Shown piece by piece: positions 62,653 through 64,000 of a DNA stretch of 64,000 nt (position 1 is its first letter; every line of letters begins with the position of its first letter). The stretch covers positions 201,330-265,329 of the forward strand of contig JBMNIH010000009.1 of the NCBI GenBank assembly GCA_050950825.1. Reading direction: 5' to 3'. Both the position numbers and the translations under genes were made by a program. The notes under the pieces were generated by a model. It was not told the origin of the DNA. It saw only the letters and a program-made list of their open reading frames with translations, and made no database searches. This DNA is from Clostridia bacterium (GTDB taxonomy: Bacteria > Bacillota > Clostridia > JAAYHZ01).

Positions 62653-63399
62653 ATGAAAAATGAGACGATTAGAAAGCTGAAAGCCATGAAACTGCCCGCC
62701 TTCGCTGAAGCATACCAAAGACAAATTGATAATGAAACGGAATATTCGTCTTTGTCATTCCACGAGCGGTTGACCCTTTTAGCGGATGCCGAATTCGATT
62801 CCAGACACAATAACAATATCAAGCGACTCATCAAGAATGCAAGATTCTCTAATTCTTCCGCCTTCCTTGGTAACATTGACTACCTTCCGGATCGCCATCT
62901 AAACCGTGATCTTTTGAATAATCTTGCTGATAATGAATATATTCGTAGAGGTTTAAATGTCATTTTAATTGGGGCAACCGGATGCGGTAAAACCTACATA
63001 GCGAATGCACTTGGAGTTAACGCATGTCAATCCGGATACAAGACAAGGTATGTTCGTCTCCCTGAGCTATTCAGTGAATTGGAGGCGGCGCGTATCCAAG
63101 GAAAGTATCAACAGATAATGAGACAGTATCAGAAATATGCCCTTGTCATATTGGATGAGTTTCTCCTTATTCCTGCGTCAGATCAAGAGCAGCGTGACCT
63201 CCTTGAACTTATGGAATACAGATGCGGGCATGCATCCACCATATTTTGCTCTCAATTTACCCCCGAAGGTTGGCATCAAAGGTTAGGCGGTAGCGCTCTT
63301 GCCGATTCCATTCTAGACCGTATAGTTCCGTCTGCTTACATAATGAAAATTGATGGTGATGTTTCTATGCGTCAACGTAAACGCATTATACAGGATTAA
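62653..63399 (+). CDS. istB: IS21 helper ATPase IstB (outer)
   Basis: GATGCGKT, VILDE, ADSILDRI, SMR. Start after GGAGGTG. Confidence 0.93.
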   Translation: MKNETIRKLKAMKLPAFAEAYQRQIDNETEYSSLSFHERLTLLADAEFDSRHNNNIKRLIKNARFSNSSAFLGNIDYLPDRHLNRDLLNNLADNEYIRRGLNVILIGATGCGKTYIANALGVNACQSGYKTRYVRLPELFSELEAARIQGKYQQIMRQYQKYALVILDEFLLIPASDQEQRDLLELMEYRCGHASTIFCSQFTPEGWHQRLGGSALADSILDRIVPSAYIMKIDGDVSMRQRKRIIQD

Positions 63400-63811
63400 G
63401 ATTCATTCTCAGGGAGTCATCGGTAAAGTGGTGGCTCCCGCTATCATATTACCGGCTCTCTGTAACGGAACAGATGGCTCTATCTTAAAAGATTAGGTGG
63501 CTCCGCCACCTCGGAATATTCAAATGGTATCCTCCCCTTCGGTGATGTAGATGCTCTCCGGCGCCAAAATACCGGTGTCCACGGTGTAGCCTGTGAATAA
63601 CGATACATACGAAGGAATTTGCTTTACCGTTTCGTCGAAATATAGCATGCCGGTAGGTCGATTTTGTAATGCTTGTTTTCGATTCCGTATTTGATCAATT
63701 TGTTTGCTTCCGGGTTCGAAAACAACCAATCGATGTATCGTACGGCGGCTTGCTTGTCTTGGCAGCTCTCGTTCACTACGAACATACTGTTTTATTGATA
63801 TCGCCTTGACC

Positions 63812-64000
63812 CTATTTAGCCCCCTAATATAATTGGAGAAACCATACGAATTTAGTAAAATGAATATAGGGGGTTAATCCAAATGAAACACTATGATGAT
63901 AAGTTCAAGGAACAAGTAATAAAAGAATGTCAAGAAGTGGGTAATATTTCCCTTGTTGCTAGACGCCATGATATATCCAAAACTACTATATATGGTTGGA
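63812..64000 (+). mobile_element. IS3-family element, copy 3 (runs off the window end)
   Basis: Matches the left end and orfA start of copies 1 and 2. Confidence 0.93.

Larger units (their letters stand above)
58422..63522 (+). mobile_element. IS21-family element (outer), carrying a second IS21 inside istA
   Basis: Ends TGAGTATTCCGA / TCGGAATATTCA. 5-bp TSD AATGG (58417-58421, 63523-63527). Multiple GAGCC/GGCTC subterminal repeats. Confidence 0.92.
56752..63811 (-). pseudogene. 3' part of an SBP-like gene fragmented by IS3 copy 3, the nested IS21 pair and IS3 copy 2
   Basis: Segments 63811-63523, 58416-58256 and 56890-56752 join: MFVVNESCQDKQAAVRYIDWLF...YGIENKHY...EDTI|TRRILKN...SEY|DWRIV...TGGQ*. 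Both IS junctions stay in frame. Confidence 0.8.

Overview
Chromosomal segment of a probably spore-forming Clostridia-type Firmicute (gpr, sigma-A promoters, CtsR box). Housekeeping genes (recG 3' end, radC, comEC, rpsT, holA, gpr, ligA, gltX, xerC-like, metG, tRNA-Leu(CAA), cbpA/dnaJ-clpB) alternate with uncharacterised catabolic genes and five solute-binding-protein (SBP)-like genes that have no permease or ATPase genes in the window. There are six IS copies: one IS110/IS1111-type element whose 3' non-coding end looks like a bridge/seek RNA with an 8-nt match to the reconstructed target, three copies of an IS3-family element with non-canonical ends, and an IS21 nested inside another IS21. 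All IS3/IS21 insertions fall in two SBP-like genes, which can be rebuilt by removing the elements at their target-site duplications. The most unusual non-coding signal occurs twice in host genes (comEC and a PrcB-family lipoprotein): a perfect 13-16 bp inverted repeat that straddles the gene's predicted transcription start. It would silence read-through mRNA but not mRNA from the gene's own promoter. All family assignments come from motif recognition by eye, not database searches. Several single-base frameshifts may be sequencing errors.
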